DNA from: Raillietiella orientalis | Taxonomy: Eukaryota | Direction of reading: 5' to 3' | NCBI GenBank assembly: GCA_036172245.1 | Contig: JAYWIR010000016.1 | Location: 2,480,001-2,544,000 of the forward strand | Length of the DNA: 64,000 nt | In this document: positions 12,151 through 26,630 of the stretch, in pieces | How the letters are laid out: every line of letters starts with the position of its first letter | Position numbering within the stretch: position 1 is the first letter of the stretch | The notes under the pieces: model-generated | What the model was told of the DNA's origin: nothing | The model's input: the letters and a program-made list of their open reading frames with translations, nothing else | Databases searched by the model: none | Made by a program: the position numbers and the translations under genes

Positions 12151-15100
12151 TTGGTAGTCTCTGTGACGTCTCGATGAAAGTGAAGGCACAGAGTGGACCC
12201 TCGGGAAGTGCCTTCGCTGCTACCCTTACAACAGAATCCGAAGAAAACAGTGAGTTGATGCTCTTGGTGCCCTGAGGACAAGACGAGGGTACCAACTACA
12301 CTGCGGGAGGTTTTGCGTCGGTCACATCTCCATCGAAGATGGGACGGAAATCAGAGCTGGGGCTTCGGCCTCTTCAGAAGAGAAGCAGAGAAGAGAACGC
12401 AATCCTTCTTACTAGAACAAAGACAAAGAGTGAAAAGGGGAAAAAAGCAGCAGAGTGATGGCACTCGCTCCCGAGACGATGAAATGATGCTCTGATCTGC
12501 TCCGAGACCTCTCGCCTTTTATCACCAAGAACTGCCTATCTCCCTTTTGAAAGTTGACTCACCTTAGGTTCATCTCAGAAGGAATAGAGATCCAAGTAGC
12601 AGTAACGAGTCCTGGTCGGCTCTGTCCCTGCTTTTCTTGAGGAGGAGAAAATGTGTGAAAGAGTGAGCATTGATCCCTTTGTGATCGACCCTCAGGTATT
12701 AAAGGCTGAAGAACTGCTGGTGTAGTCTTTATTTGGAAGGGGGGCACTTCCTTCCCTCTCTTTCCACTTCTAATTTCCCCCTCGAAGAGGAAAAGATAAG
12801 GGAGATGCCGTCAGCACGTGAGGCTCAGGCTGTGATGTGTACAGTTGTGATGATAGAAGAGTGCGATCTTGAAGAGAGGCAACCTGGAGACGAAGGAGAG
12901 CTGGAAAAGGAGCGGAAATCACTCTGGATCTGATCCTCATTAGGCTCTCTACCTCGAGTAGCACCCTCGCCCCTTCCTCTGTTCTAGCGGAAAATCTTCT
13001 CCGTGGATCTCCGATCATGGAGAAGATCGCTCAAGAATCAAAAGGATGATAAGAATTTTTCTTTTCTGGAGCAGTTCGTTTGCCTCCCAGCACATAGGGT
13101 CCTTCACTACGCTCACAAGTGGTTCCTCCCCTCATTCCCTCTTTCTGGTTTCCTCCCCTCTCACCATGTACTTTAGAATCGCCATTTTTCTAGAAGTACA
13201 CCATCCTACCGTGCTATTTTTGAGAAAGGAACAAGTCCCTTTGTCCACATGAAGGGTGCACAGGAGAATCCTGATCTCTGTCATGAGTGCATGGACATGT
13301 TCTTCCCAAACTCTGTCTTCTTCGAGGAAGGACCGAAGAGGTCGTCATATCATCGGCCTCGCTCTCTTCTACCCTTCGCCTTCCTCCCTCCTTTTCCTCC
13401 TTTTCCTCCTCTCGGTATCCCCCCCACCCGGTACCACTCCCGTTCCGAGTCTCTTGAAAAGAGAGATCTCCGCCAGTTGCCCCAAGTACGCTGAACCACA
13501 AGTGAAGGATGTCTAGGAGACGTGGCTTTTCCGTCATTCCTCTTCCGGCTTGCTGTGCTTTGAAAGAGGATTCTGCCAGTTTCCCCGTAGGGAGGAAAGG
13601 AAGTAGTCACTTGAGTGAAAAGCTCATGCGCGAGGATGACGGTCTCCTCCCTTCTTTTCGCTCCTCCCCACTTCTCTTGAGGTCTTGAGTAAGGTTGGGT
13701 AAAATTCTTCCTCCAGAAGGTCCTTGTGAGCCTCTTTTATCTTCCTTCCATGGGAACTGGCTGCCGCAACACCTTAACCTTGGACCTAAAACGAAGCATC
13801 CTGTTGGACGTGCACGCACAATCGCCACCGACAATCGTCGTGATGGAAGCAGCATCAGCATTCCTCCATCTCTCGCATGCTCACGGAAGCAGGCATGGAG
13901 GAGGAAGAGAAAAAAAGAGGAAGAAGGAGGTTGCGAAGACCACGAGGGAAAGGGGGCAACACGGGAGGGCAGGAGAGATCCCTCCGTGGCAGGATCTTCT
14001 TAACTATCTCGGCTGCTTAGCTGATCCAGAAAGTGGGTCCTGGTCCTGGCCAATAGGCCACCTTTGTTAAGGAAGGGAGAGGGAGGAAGACAGGTGGAAA
14101 AGGGGGAAGAAGAGCACTGGGTGCTTTCCGAGGAATCTGGGAGTTGAGAGCAGCAAGGGCGGTCTTGCTGACCTTCCTGAGGTCCTCGGGGGATGGCAAA
14201 TGAGGTGTCTTCGAACACTGAATCAGCATCGCTCCTTCAAGGAGAGCAGGCCCTCCCGGGAGCGTCTCGTTCCCTCAAAGGAACCTTTTGTCTATCCCTC
14301 CTTCAAGTCTTTCCGAATGGAAAGGCGGGAAAACATCCGGAGGCCACTAGTCCTTCTTATTCCTTCTTCCGCCTCTTCTGGTCGCCAAGACTCCGAGACC
14401 ACTGGGAAGCCAAGACTTCTTGGAACTGTTCCCGGAAAAGAGCTCCGTCCATTTGTCCGGGAAACTGAGCTTTGCTTGCACGCCTTTTCCTAGGAAGAGG
14501 AGAGGAGGAGGGCAGGAATAGAAGAGAGAGAGCGAGTGCAACAAGGAGAGGCAGGGATTGGGAGGGGAGGTCAGCATTCCCTCTTCCCCTTCCCCTTCCT
14601 CCTCCCTGGACTCGCCGTCGTCCGCCTTCCTCCCTCCTTCCACCCCCGATAGCAAACCTCCCTCACCCCCTTTCCCCCGCCTTCCATGAATAAATCAGTA
14701 CAAGAGGGAGGGCCGGGCTTCGTCGCAAATCGAAAAGCTGAGGGTCGCTACGGGAGACGCGCCAGGGGGTTCCGTCCTTCGTCCTTCTCCTCTGGCTTGC
14801 GTGACCGATCCAGCACGTTCGAGAGAAGCGGAAGTCCCGGGGGAGGGATGCAGAGCGTACGAAACAGCACAGCCATTCCTCCTGTCGAACTTCTCTCCCC
14901 CCCTTCCCTTCCCCCCCCCTTGCCGACTTTCCCTTTTCTTATCGCTCGCTTCTCCCGTCCGTCTCCCCTTCATTCCACTTGCAAAATCCTCCCCCCTCCT
15001 TCTCTCCCTCCACCCTTTTTTTGAAAAAAAAAAAAAAAACTTTCCAGGAGTTTTCAACTGCTCCTCTCGATCCCCTGACCTTTTTACTCGGGAACCTTTA

Positions 15101-17529
15101 GGATTCAAAGTGTTTCTAACGGAGAAAAGAAGACCATACCTATCTACCCCACCTTCTTTTCCAACTCGCTATGACCCACGCAGATGTCCTCAGATAAGCC
15201 CTCTGTTGAGGAATCTTCTTCTTGAATAGGTGCTGGGGGTCTCCAAGGTCATCCAGAAGAGGCCCCAGCGCTTCAGGCGACGGATTCGACAAGAGATACG
15301 TGAAGGCAATAATTCCTCGACTCGCTGATCCTTACTAGCCCGAGGTCGTCAGCACCCCATGCGCCAGGTCGCGGTATGGGATGAGTGAGTGGATTGGGTC
15401 CTCCCTGCATCTCTTTCACTCGCAAACTGCTTTACGGCTTACCTTGCACAAGTCCCCCCCCCCTTTCTTTCGGATGCAGAGAATAGAGTTATGCCTCTGG
15501 AGCACGCTCAGTTTGCAAAGGAGCTTTCGATGAAGCGTGGTGCAGTGGAGTGACCGGCGTATGGTTTCCGTTCAGCATAGCAAACGATGAGCGGGCATCC
15601 CCGGACCACCTCTTGAAACACTCCTGGTTTCTCCCTTAAAGAAGGAACGTCCTCTTCCTAACCTGCATCACGATCCTTCCCACCCATCTCTGCTCTCTCG
15701 TCATGCGCTCCCACCCATCGGACCTAGCCGGGCTCCGTTCCCTCCGCCGGGTCCCGAAATCTCTCTCCTCTCTTTTCTCCCGTATCCCTGCCTCCCACCC
15801 TCCGCCTTTTCTCTCTACCTTTCCGTCCTGCGCCGCCTCACCCGATGCGCCCGGTGTTGCGTCAGCAGGGAACAGGGTCTCCGAGAGGTGGCGAAAAGGC
15901 AGCAACATTGGCCCTCCCCCAGATGTTCTTCATCTCTGGACGCTGGCAACATCTTCCCTTCATGGAGACAAGGACAATGATGCTACCTCGCTGGATAAGG
16001 CTGGAATTAGCAGAGGATTGGAAGGATAGGGTGAGCGTGCCACCCATACGAGGAACCAGGAAGGAGCGTTGTCCCTCTGACCGAACGCGGCAGTCAGGAG
16101 GGGAGGAAACCACGGAGGGAGTTGCGATGGTGCATTCCGCTGGACAACGGAGTACCCGGACAAGGGACGGGGGGATGCCGATATACTCCCCGTGCTCGAA
16201 TAGGCGTAAGAGATGTTCCCGTAAAGAGCTGTTCTTTACGATGGGCCGCCGCCTCCCTCATCAAGGCGTTCTGCGTTTCCGCTTGCTGCCCTGAAGCGAT
16301 CCTCCCGGTCGCTTCTCCCCACCTGCCTTCCTGCTCTGCCCCTTCTATGCCTCTCTGTTCTCTGAACCGCCGAATGCCGCAGAGAAAATACAGGATCTTC
16401 CGTTGCCCTTTCTTCCCAAGCCTCCCCCTCCCTCCTCTCTTGATCCCACCCCAGCACTATCTTCTCTCCCCTTTTCTCCTCCCATGCGAAGACATGCATG
16501 TTTTTTGAAAACACCCTACAACCAGCTGCAAGTGCCCAGCGCGCGACCTTCGCCCTTCCCAAAGGATCAGAGCGCACTCCGGGAACCGGAGGGAACATTC
16601 AGGAGTTCCCGCTACCCTCCTATCCTTAGGACTGATCCGATACCCCAACGCCCTTCGTGCAGGTCGACCACGTGAGAGCACGTGGGGGGTCGGCGACCCT
16701 TTCTCTAACCACCCTGTCTATTCCCATCTGCAGCCATGGCAACCGGAGAGCGCCACGGTGGAGTTACGATTCGTGCACGAAACGTCAAGCAAAGATCCCA
16801 AAATTAATTCTAGCGGCCCCATTAATCAAGTCGCCATCCGATCTATAAATCAAAACAACGAGGGCATGAAATCCACCATTCCTGGCTGCGAAACATCTCA
16901 GGGACCCGCTTCCCATAAACATCGCTGTCCGAGACAACCGCCTCACCCCCGTTCCGGCGTCACCAACGCCTGTCGTTGGCGAACCGTCTTCGGAGAGTGC
17001 CGAGGGACTCGGAGCAGGGAAAGAACTCGAGGTGCGAGATGGGGGAGGGGAACTTTCGTGTTTTGTAGAAGTTCTTATCTTTATGACACGGCAAGAGCGC
17101 GTCTTCCGCGGAACGGACACGCGTCAGTCCATCATGAACTGGGGCGTGTGTGGACCCACCGGACTCTTGGGGCCAGCCGCTTCTTTTAGCGTGTGCCGCC
17201 ACTCCGGAGCGGTTTTGGACAAGTGAACCTTTTCGTCAGGTCCATCTGTCGAGCTGCGTCTCCGCTGAGAATCACGTGGGTCTGCCGCGCGCGCCCACTC
17301 ACGCAGGTCTACTGTGCACCCATCATGAAGACACAGCAAGGACGTGCCGATTTGTTGCTGGTAGTAACTCTCGGGATATCCGCAGTGGAAGTCCACGAAG
17401 AACATCTGCTTCTACCTCAGACTCGAATGCTGCACAAGAGTTGGGAGGGCACTTGGAAAGACCAAGGCGCTTCCTGCCTCCATGCTTTCAAACGGACTGC
17501 AGACCAAGGAGGAATTCGCTATTCTTCCT

Positions 17530-18650
17530 AGTGAAGCAAGAGGAAGCAAATTCTATCCCCGGAATGGACCGGCCGGACTCCAGAAGTGGACGCTGGAGCA
17601 TGTGTTCCAGTAAATGGTTCTTCAATAGAGCCGAATGCCTCCTGCAAGATTTGAAGCCGCGGCAGAGTTTCCGTCTTTAGCATTCTGCCCAAAGAGGAGA
17701 TAGCAGTGCTCCGCTGAAGATAAAAGAGAGCGGCCGTTCCTCCAGGTACGAAGCATCTCAGAGCTTGGAGACTTCTTGGATCACGAGCAAGCACTCTCAT
17801 CAGCAACTCGGGAGTGTGGATGGGAAACGAGAGTGAGCATTGGCTGCTGGTTGAGTAATCGGTGAATCCCAGCAACTCATCTGAAACTGGAACCTCGTCT
17901 GGAGTTTCAGCACTTCCGAGTGTCCTATGGAAAAACGACTCGGATGACTTGGGAAATGATCAAGAGACTGGATTCAAAGGTTACCAAGAGACGAACACCT
18001 CCGAAGACAGCGGGGGCTGTTGCTAGCTCTGATAGAAGAATAAGAACTCTTGCCAAAGAGACACCAGCCAAGGATGGCCGTAGAACAGGAGCAGTTTCAT
18101 GGTGACAGTCTACCGCCCATTCTGTGAGAAGCTCTTCAATTTCGACTCTCTTCTGACAGAAAGAAACTCCTTATTTTCCGTTCCGGATCTCCGAGCCCTC
18201 CAGAAAGCAAGATAGTCATGTCCTCTGTACTTCCTAGGGGCTGCAAGGAAACCCTTATCCTTCGAAACCTTTTCGGAAAGGGAAAAATGGATGTCTGTGC
18301 TGCACTGGAATTCCAGTTGACTGCAGCGGCTTTGAGGATTCATCAGATGCAGGAGGATCCTCTCCGAAAGAAGAGTGAATGCTAGAAAAGTGTTTCCCTG
18401 AAGAAGCGTCAATGTGAATTTTTTATTCTTCCTCTTCCAATCAAATAGCTCAGTGCTCATCGGCCACTCTGGCACTCAATGAGACATTTGACACTATGCC
18501 GTTTCTGGAAGAAGATGCAGGCAGGAAGACTGAATTTTTTGATAGCGATCCTGCACTATTCCGCAGCATCACTGCGCGGATGGATGGCCACTCCACGGCT
18601 AGGGCCACTCCGTCTGCCAAGTTGGGAGTTTGATTTTGCATCCGCCCTCC
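17530..18650 (-). mobile_element. Decayed non-LTR RT relic
   Basis: Minus strand, in order: IRAVMLRNSAGSLS (cf. IPAxVLKNCASEL), ERILLHL..SQLEFQ, LKSFSQNG (cf. KAFDRVW), ELLGFT, LQALRCF..LFY. Confidence 0.4.
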
Positions 18651-21600
18651 ATAATTGAGGAGAAGGAAGCAGCTGAATGCGGGATGCTGGTTACCCGTAG
18701 TTAGCCCAGCAAGTACGCGTGCACGTGTGCACGCGCGTGCCGGCAAACCAGGCGCTGCGTGCACGCCTGCGTTCCTGCGAAAGCTCACGCAAAGTTCATT
18801 CGATCAACCGAAGAGAAGGGTCAAAGGTTGGCATTTTCCCTTGGAGATCGACACGATTTCTTTGACTCGAGGGGCAGAAACGCAGATTCGGTTGAGCCGA
18901 CGGGGGCAGGAAGAACCGCTAGCGGGCAAGCAGAAAGCGAAGAACTCCCCTCACGCAAACAAGGACTTTTCTGATGCTGGAGGAATTTCGAGGAACCTCC
19001 TGGTTCTTAGTAGATCCCGGCATTCCTCTGGAGCCATGCAGCCAGTGCATTACTCCCGGGAGTACCGAATCTTTTCCAAGTAGCTCCCTCTCCCAGATCC
19101 CGCAGGTTTGTATTTTCTGGAGTGAGCTGAAAAACGCAGGAGGCACTCCGGTAGCACCGGCTCAAGGAGGACGCTCTTCCCGACTCCAGGAGGCTCAGCT
19201 TCCCACGCCGCTGAACAGGTGTATCGTGGAAATCACCATTTCGTTTCCATCCCTGCGGCACCAAGGGCTCTCCTCGGACTGTGACCTCATCTGCGTCTGA
19301 AAAGTGCGCCTCAGTTGCCGGAAAGGCTGCTCATTGGAGAATCCGTTGCTTTGCGATCCCCGTGTTTGAACTGACCGATGCTCCAGCTCTCCTCTTCAGT
19401 TTTTCCCAGCTGCCTCTTAAGTGCCTCTTCTTTCGACTGAAGACTCCGATCTCCATGAGCGCGAGTTCCCGAGGGAACTCGGTGAGAGGATTCGACGGCG
19501 AAACTCCACGTGGTCCGGCATTTTTCACCCGACCGCTACTTTCGCTCCCGGATTTTCCCCTCTCCGAGAACTCCTCCTCCACCTCCGAATCTCCATGTTT
19601 TCCTGGTTTTCCGGGATGATGAAACAAACACTGCGTGTTGCCTCGTGTTGGAGTGCCGCCTCCCGTCGCAGTTCCTTCTCTGATAAAGATTTCATTCTTA
19701 AGTTTCTTTCCGTTTTGTTCTTCATTTCTCCTCCTTCCCCTCTCCTCCTTGCTCGTTCCCTCCTCATCCTCATCCTCATTCTTCTTATTCTCCCATCTCT
19801 TCATTCTCTGTTTCTTCTCTTACATCCTGCAACGGGAACGTATGCAGCATTTCGGTCCATCATCCTCTCATCCATCAGGGGAGAAGGAGTCCCTCCATAC
19901 GGGATCTGACCTCTGAAGAAGTCCGAAGCCACCTCGCTCTGTATTCCTTCTTGTCCTCTTTTCCATTGTTCCTCCACAGCAATGGAGGAGGAAGGGGGCG
20001 TGCCTTTACGAGCCACCTTTTCGAACCCACAAACAACAAGAATGGGTCCGTGGGAAGAGCGTGCCCTGCGAGAAATCTGAGGGAAACAAACTCCACTGTC
20101 GGGAAGGCCATCCTCCGGGGAGAAAGGAGAGAGCAGGGCGAAGGGCGAACGGGAGCTCAGTGCCAGACCCGTTTTGCGCGATCCGGATGGAAGGAAGCTT
20201 CCGCGACTGAATTCCGCTGTCCTCGTGGTCACGCTGACAGTGTCCGAAGCGGAGGGTGCGTCTCAGCCGGCTCTCCGTATGCTGCCGATTCCATTCCCTG
20301 ATGCCCACCCGCGCGGACCCGGGCACGACGGGACCCCGGCCCGCTGTCCCCGTCCGCGATCCAGAAAGGCGGCGCGTATCCTCGAAGAACGCCTATCTCG
20401 TGACAGGAGGCGGCGAGATGTGCCGTTGTGCTCCGCGGTGCTCTGCAGTCACACGATTGCGCGCGTGATGCAGGAGCACACAACCCGGGCAGCAGCCGAT
20501 CGGAATGATGCTCTAGAGAGCAGCAGCACACGGTGCAGGCTAGCGATCATTTCCTCGTACGTTCTCCATGAACGGTGTCTCGAACATTCCCTTGAAGACA
20601 AGGTAGAGAAATGTTGGCTATAAAAACGTGCATTCGCTTCAGAAGGAAGAAATTACCTGGGGTGTGGACAGCGTGTTGCGTTGGGAGTCCGTCTTTAAAT
20701 TGCTGTGCGAGCCTGGGAAAATGGGCGTTTGGGTTCACTGGACACCTGGCAACGTAAATTAGGTATGATAAATGTACATAGTTACGCGGTGTATTGCTGG
20801 AGGAAACTCTGTTGGTGAGGATCCCTGGTCTACCGATGATATGGAGGGAGCATTCATTCGGATGTGATTAGAGAGCATCGAGCCTCCATGCACACGCGAG
20901 GCACAGGTGCGAAACAAGGAAAGCATCACTTGATTCCTTCTTCCACGTCGTCTATTCGCTGTCCAGGGAGCACATCCCACATCAGGGGAAGTAGAGTGGA
21001 GAAGACAGCAGCACTCATGAGCAGGGAGAGCGTGTGCATGTCGTCTTCAATGAACACTTGGGCAGGGATCCTGTGTTTCCGGTGTCGGTGGATGCGATTT
21101 ACGCGGTACACCCATTTGCAAGCGTTTACGATCTCGACTCTGCGGACACATCGTTTACAAGAACAATAGCAAGTGTCTGGGAGCCTCTGACATGTCAGGA
21201 AACATCTCTTTTTGTCACTGGGTATGTGGTCTTTTTATTATTGTTATTATTATTGAGGGTGGTCACATTTTGTATCCACACAGTTTATTACCAGAGATGC
21301 GACGCTGCCTACGTGAGAAACGCGCATTCCAGGAATTCAAGTGCTGAGCTCGTATGTCGATGAGCGCCGCGAAACGCACGTGGTCCACGTGAAGCATCCC
21401 TCAGACTTGCGAACTGGGTCGGGCTGGCTGCCTGGCAGGCATGGCGGGACGACATCCCAGCAATGACGGTCGGTACTCGGCTGCTGCGGAGGTCCCCTCC
21501 ATATCGAGAAAACCGCCGTTCCGCACAGTCACTGCGACGGCTACCCCCGTCGGCGGCCTGTCATCCTTTTCCCCGCGCTCCCGTGCTGCCCCCGCCGAAG

Positions 21601-22624
21601 GGACCGCTTCTCGAGCTCGGATTGCGCCGTCTGGCCTTGCCGGCTTTTTTTGCAGGAGGCGGGCGGGCGGGCGAGCCAGATCTGCAAGGCTGCCACGGAA
21701 TCCTTGCTCCCTCTCGAGGAACTCGTCAGGAGCAAGAGGTCTTCTGTTTCTGGCGCTCCGTGTGCCTCCAGACAAAGAGAGATCTTATCTCGAAGAGTGA
21801 GGAGCACGAGGGAGCATATGGACACCGCCACAGAGTTCGTCGCGGGAGAGGGAGGAAAATCCGATGGGAGGCGCCGGCGCGCTCCCGAAGGAGGACGTCT
21901 GGGGAGCTCCGGGAATCGTGTCTTTATTTCTCTTAAGCAGCCACATATTCGTGACGATGCGCAGTCGGGCGATCAAGTGCTCATCGGACCCGTTTCCGCA
22001 GCTTCCCGTTCGGCCTCCTCGGTACTGCTCGGTTCGTGCCTTCGGGATCGAAACGCTGGAGGAACCTCGAAGCGAGCTCCCGGCTTACCGCGCGGCTCTC
22101 TGTCCGTTCCAGCCAGACCTGACTGAGCTGTGCGCTCACACGCACACTCGCGCCGCCGTCACGCCAACGTCGCCGCCGTGCGGGGCGCCGCTTCGCGTGC
22201 AGGTTGAAGGCGCTGACGCCGCTCTTTGAGTCCAAACACGCCGCGAGTCCCACATCGAGGAAACGGCCGTTCCCAAACCGGGAACCCCTACGCATTCCGA
22301 GGACACTCAAGGATGGACACGAGGAATGGGTTCCGGAGAGCATCCCCGCGAAAAAAAAAAAGAAAAAGAAAACCCCCGTGAAGGTGATCACCTTCTTTTG
22401 CTCCGTCCAGCACCACCTCCTGTGTTTTCTGGGCTCCTTCAGCATGCCGTTCCAAACGAGAATCTTCATCGGTGCGATCAATTTTGGAGTATTGCTTCTC
22501 CCCTCCTCTTCTCTCCCGTTACCGAAGTGTGGTGACGCAAATCTTTCCATCCGACACCGCGAAAGGCCGTGTACCCTCCATCCTTCCTCCGCCCCAGTGG
22601 CTCGCCGGTGGCATCTTGAAGAAA

Positions 22625-23330
22625 GGCAGCGTTGGCGGTCGTGTGGCTACGGCGTCTGGCGTCACGGGTTCAAAGTCCGGCCAGGAAAAGGATCGACTCC
22701 GAGAAACTAGGGGTCCGTCGTGGGTTTCGAGTCATCCCTCAGGATGACGCTGGCTGGACCACGGGCTGCGGGTACACCATTGACGGAATCCGGATGCCCC
22801 CGTTGAATAGCTGAGATTGGAAGTCGATCCTCCGTGGTCCTTCCAGGAATCAAGGAGACCTTAGGGGTTTCCCTCCGGTTCTGAAGATGAAGCCGTACCC
22901 TCCATCGTGTTGCATAGAGCTGGTTGATACCTCCCTCCCCTCGGGAAGTTGCCTCTCCAGAGTGCAATAAGCGCGCTGCTCCCTTCCGGGAGCGCCCTTC
23001 AGAGAAATCTGGAATTCTTCAGAAAAAAGAGAAGGGCCCCTTCGAAATTCCCATCAGGGGAGGAAACGGAGCGTTTCCCTTGCGGGGTCCCTCCGGAGAA
23101 GGAACTCCAGGAGCGGATCCTTACCGGGTTCCCTTCGGAGGCAACCACGGCGGAAGTTTCCTTTCGGGCTTCCCTGCCAAGCGTACGAAGAACACGGACT
23201 CCTTCCTCCGGAGCCTTCCTGAATTCAAAGAGTGGTTCATCTGGGGTCATCCCTTCTGAATTGAAGAATTACACGCACCCTTTGGTGGCATGGACAGCGT
23301 TTAAAGAGCTCTGTGAGCTCTCCTAAGGCA
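22625..23330 (+). mobile_element. tRNA-headed SINE-like element, copy C1
   Basis: Head TTGGCGGTCGTGTGGCTACGG...GGGTTCAAAGTCC...GGGTTTCGAGTC; core GCTCCCTTCCGGGAGCG, GTTCCCTTCGGAGG; conserved 3' block TTACACGCACCCTTTGGTGGCATGG...AAGAGCT. Confidence 0.8.
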
Positions 23331-23339
23331 CTTGGGGGG

Positions 23340-25100
23340 AGCCTTAAAGAAAGGCAGCAACGAACTTGGCACACCTGGAAGCCTCGCAAGTTCAAGTGCG
23401 CATTCGGAGAAGGACGAAACACTTCCGCCTCCAGGGGCTTCCCTTCCCAGATCACTCCTAGCAACCAGACGGGACATGGACCGGTCTTCTGAAACACCAT
23501 GCTTTCCGAAGGTGCCATTTGGATCGCTGAGGTCCACCCGGGACTCCTCGTCCAACTGAGAGGGTTCTGAGAAGCATCCAAGGTCTGCATGGCCGAAGAC
23601 TGTTACTCAGAAGCTCGTGGTAGTTATTCCGAGTCCATCCAAGAATCCAAGCAACGGGGGAGTTCATGGCTCGCTCGTTCGGAAAAGCGCTTTATGATCT
23701 GCCGAAGAACGAATTGGCACGGAAGACGCACCACTCGGAGCAGAGACCCTCCCCAACTGCTTTCCCTTTGATGTACGACAAGGGTGTGACAAGGGACGGG
23801 ATTCTTGACGCTGACAAAATGTTTTTACAGGACGGTAAAGGACGTGAAGAAAAAGACGGCAAAGGCTTCTTGAAAACTTGCGGAAGCAATAAAGGAGGTT
23901 TTATTCGAAAGTTCATCTACGTTCTAGTTAAGAAAAAGCATCCCGAAAAAGATTTCCGAACCAGAGAGTGCACTGACCACCATCTGGAGCCGAAATGAAA
24001 GGAAATCCGGGGACTCACACCAAAGAATTTGGGAAGCCTTTCAGTAAGACAAATCAGCATAAGAAGGAAGGCGCTGCGTTCGCCATGAGCTCAACAAAGA
24101 ATCGCGAGCATTGGTGACCCTCGGAGCCTTCCACCTTGTGAGGAAGACGGAAGATCAATGACCGGAACCTTTTGGATGAAGCGATGTCTTCGTCAGGCGC
24201 CGCTTCTGCCGACGAATTTTGTACAACGTAGAGAGATAATCTCATCTTTTGATTCAAATTCTTGGTTCTCAATCTAAGAGAAATCGAAAGTGCTCCATCA
24301 GTCATCCTGATCTTGAACAGAGATGGGATGATGTTACGTCCGTGTTCTGAGAAAAGCATCGGAGCGTTTTGGGAAAATGGAAGAGGGAATTCTAAGGGGC
24401 TTGCGAACCCATCTGCGGTCTCAGAAGAGGCAGTCCAAATGGATGATAATTCTCAAGGGCTAAGTGAAATATCGACTGCGGATGAAATCGCCCGCAGCCT
24501 GTAAACAGCAGTCGCGCAGTGCTCCTGGGACTCGATCTGCGTTCCAGGATGAATCCAAATGGGAAAGTACGGTTCCTAAATCCTCGGGATAAGATCGCCA
24601 GGTTCCAACTTCCAAGGCTCAAAGCCCCGTTTTTCATCAGCTGCAGATCATGGCATGGTGGGGAATTTCTGAAATATCGAATTTCTTCGGGTCCACTCAA
24701 GACGACGACCGGCCAGCTCAAGACGGTCTGAAAAAGTCTTACCATCGTTCGTTCCCTGCATGAGTTACCGGCAGCTAGATGTCATCTCCTAACGTCTATC
24801 TCTCGTCGCCTGGACCTGCCTCCTACTGCCAAAAAGGAGGTTGGAGAAGACGGCACCTTTCCTGGCACACAGAGATGCATGGATACGCGTGCTCTGCACA
24901 GGAGCAAGCACGCCTTTTAGGGGTCCGACAGGATGCTTCTCCAGCATCCAAAGTTACTGCTCGGAGTTCGCTTCGTGCACGTCCGTTTTGCATCCTGTTC
25001 TCGTTAAAACTCGACATCCTCACAGACGTTCTTGAGGATGAGGAGGAGGGTCTTTCGCTAGCGGGAGACAACTGGAAGGAGACGGTCTCCAAAGGCACGA
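23340..25100 (+). mobile_element. Decayed non-LTR element, possibly RTE-like (end of APE domain plus RT)
   Basis: KVCMAEDCYSE (~23580-23612; cf. APE-end DCxSDH), HKKEG (~24058), NLLDEA, STADEIA (cf. FADDI), MNPNGK, FLKY, in order. Weak. Confidence 0.35.
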
Positions 25101-25964
25101 GCTTTCAGAAAGCGGAACCATGAGAAGATTTCAGCCAACCATTTCTGTTACTAAGAAGTCATTTGAATAGGCAGAAGGAGTTACGTACCTTTTTTTTTTT
25201 TTTTTTTTTTTTTGTAATTTTCCAATGTCATCTGGATCATTTTTTTTTATTGTCCCTTTTTTACCCAGCCATGTTAGAGGTCGTTTCCTACTTGGAAAAA
25301 CCACGCGGAAGTTTCTGGACCACGCTGAGGGCAATACTTTTTTGTCGAAACAGTTCGATTTGAAATGTTCCACCAAGAGACAGTAGAGTCATGAATGACT
25401 TAAAAAAATAGGAGGGAGTTAAAGTGGGGCAAGGATACGGAGTCACTGCGTGGCCATAAAGGTATCAGAAAAGCAAGGCACATGTTTCTTCTTGGCAATC
25501 ACGAATCAGTGCTCGGGGATCCGTACTTGTGCTCCCTCTCGCTGAGTTGTAGGTACTGCATCCCCGGCTGCCACGCACAGTCTAATTAAATAAAAAGTCT
25601 CTTATCATCTGAAATTCTTACGCGGGGATTACATGATTGCCCGCATTATGCTAATTACGACAATCTCTAGTCATGGCAACGGAACAACGCTATCGATAAA
25701 TTGCATCTGCTTCATTTGAGGATCGATGGCTAAAAGGAAGTACTTAAAGCTATCAACGCTACCCTGTAATCTACACTAAAATATGCAAACACCCCTTTAG
25801 CACACATCATGCATTGATCAGGTCAGGTGCAAGGGGTTCGACTCTTCCGTGCTCACTCCCTCCTCGCTTCCCGTCTCGGGAAGCGCAGGGCTCCCACCGA
25901 AATGAAAGCGCGAACGAAAACCCCTTCTTCGGAAACACGTCTTAGCTCCGGTGCGAAACGCATG

Positions 25965-26630
25965 GGGTTCGCTAAGCACCCGAGAACCGCCCTCTTTGGG
26001 GGGCATGGGAGGCCCACGAAGCTCTTTAAGCACTGTCCACGCCACCCGAGGGTGTGTGACCCTTCAACTTAAAGGGGGTGACCCCGGAGTACCACCCTAT
26101 GGATCCAGGAAAGCCATGGAGGAAGGAGTTCGTCCCTCTCACTCCTGGGAGGGAACCCTGAAAGGAACTCTCCCCTGGTTATCTCCGGATGGACCCCTGG
26201 CTCCTCATTTCTCCTCCGGAGGGAACCCGCACGGAAAACCGTTCCTTGTTCTTACTCCTCTGAGGGGAACTCCGTAGGGACGCTTCCCAATTTCTCTGGA
26301 GGGCTCTCCCCGAAGGGAGCGGCGCGCTTCTCTACACTCAAGAGAGGCATCAACCAGCTCCATGGTACCGCGGCTCCGTTTTCACAATCGGAGGTGAACT
26401 CTGGAGGGAACCGGCTCCTGGATGTCCTGGAAGTACCCCGCAAATTCAGCTTCCAATCCCGGCCAGTCAATCGGAACATCCGGTTTCCACCAGCGCCGCA
26501 CCCGGACAAAGTCCAGCCAGCGTCATCCTGCAGGGAAAACTCGAAACCCACGACTGACCCCCATTTCTCTGGTACCCATGCTTCCCCGGGCGGGATCCGA
26601 ACCCGCAACGATCGGTACCATGCTCATGGC
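25965..26630 (-). mobile_element. tRNA-headed SINE-like element, copy C2
   Basis: Reverse complement has GCGGGTTCGGATCCCGC (T-arm/B-box), a second GGGTTTCGAG module, CGCTCCCTTCGGGGAG core and CACACCCTCGGGTGGCGTGG...AAGAGCTTCGTG 3' block. Confidence 0.85.
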
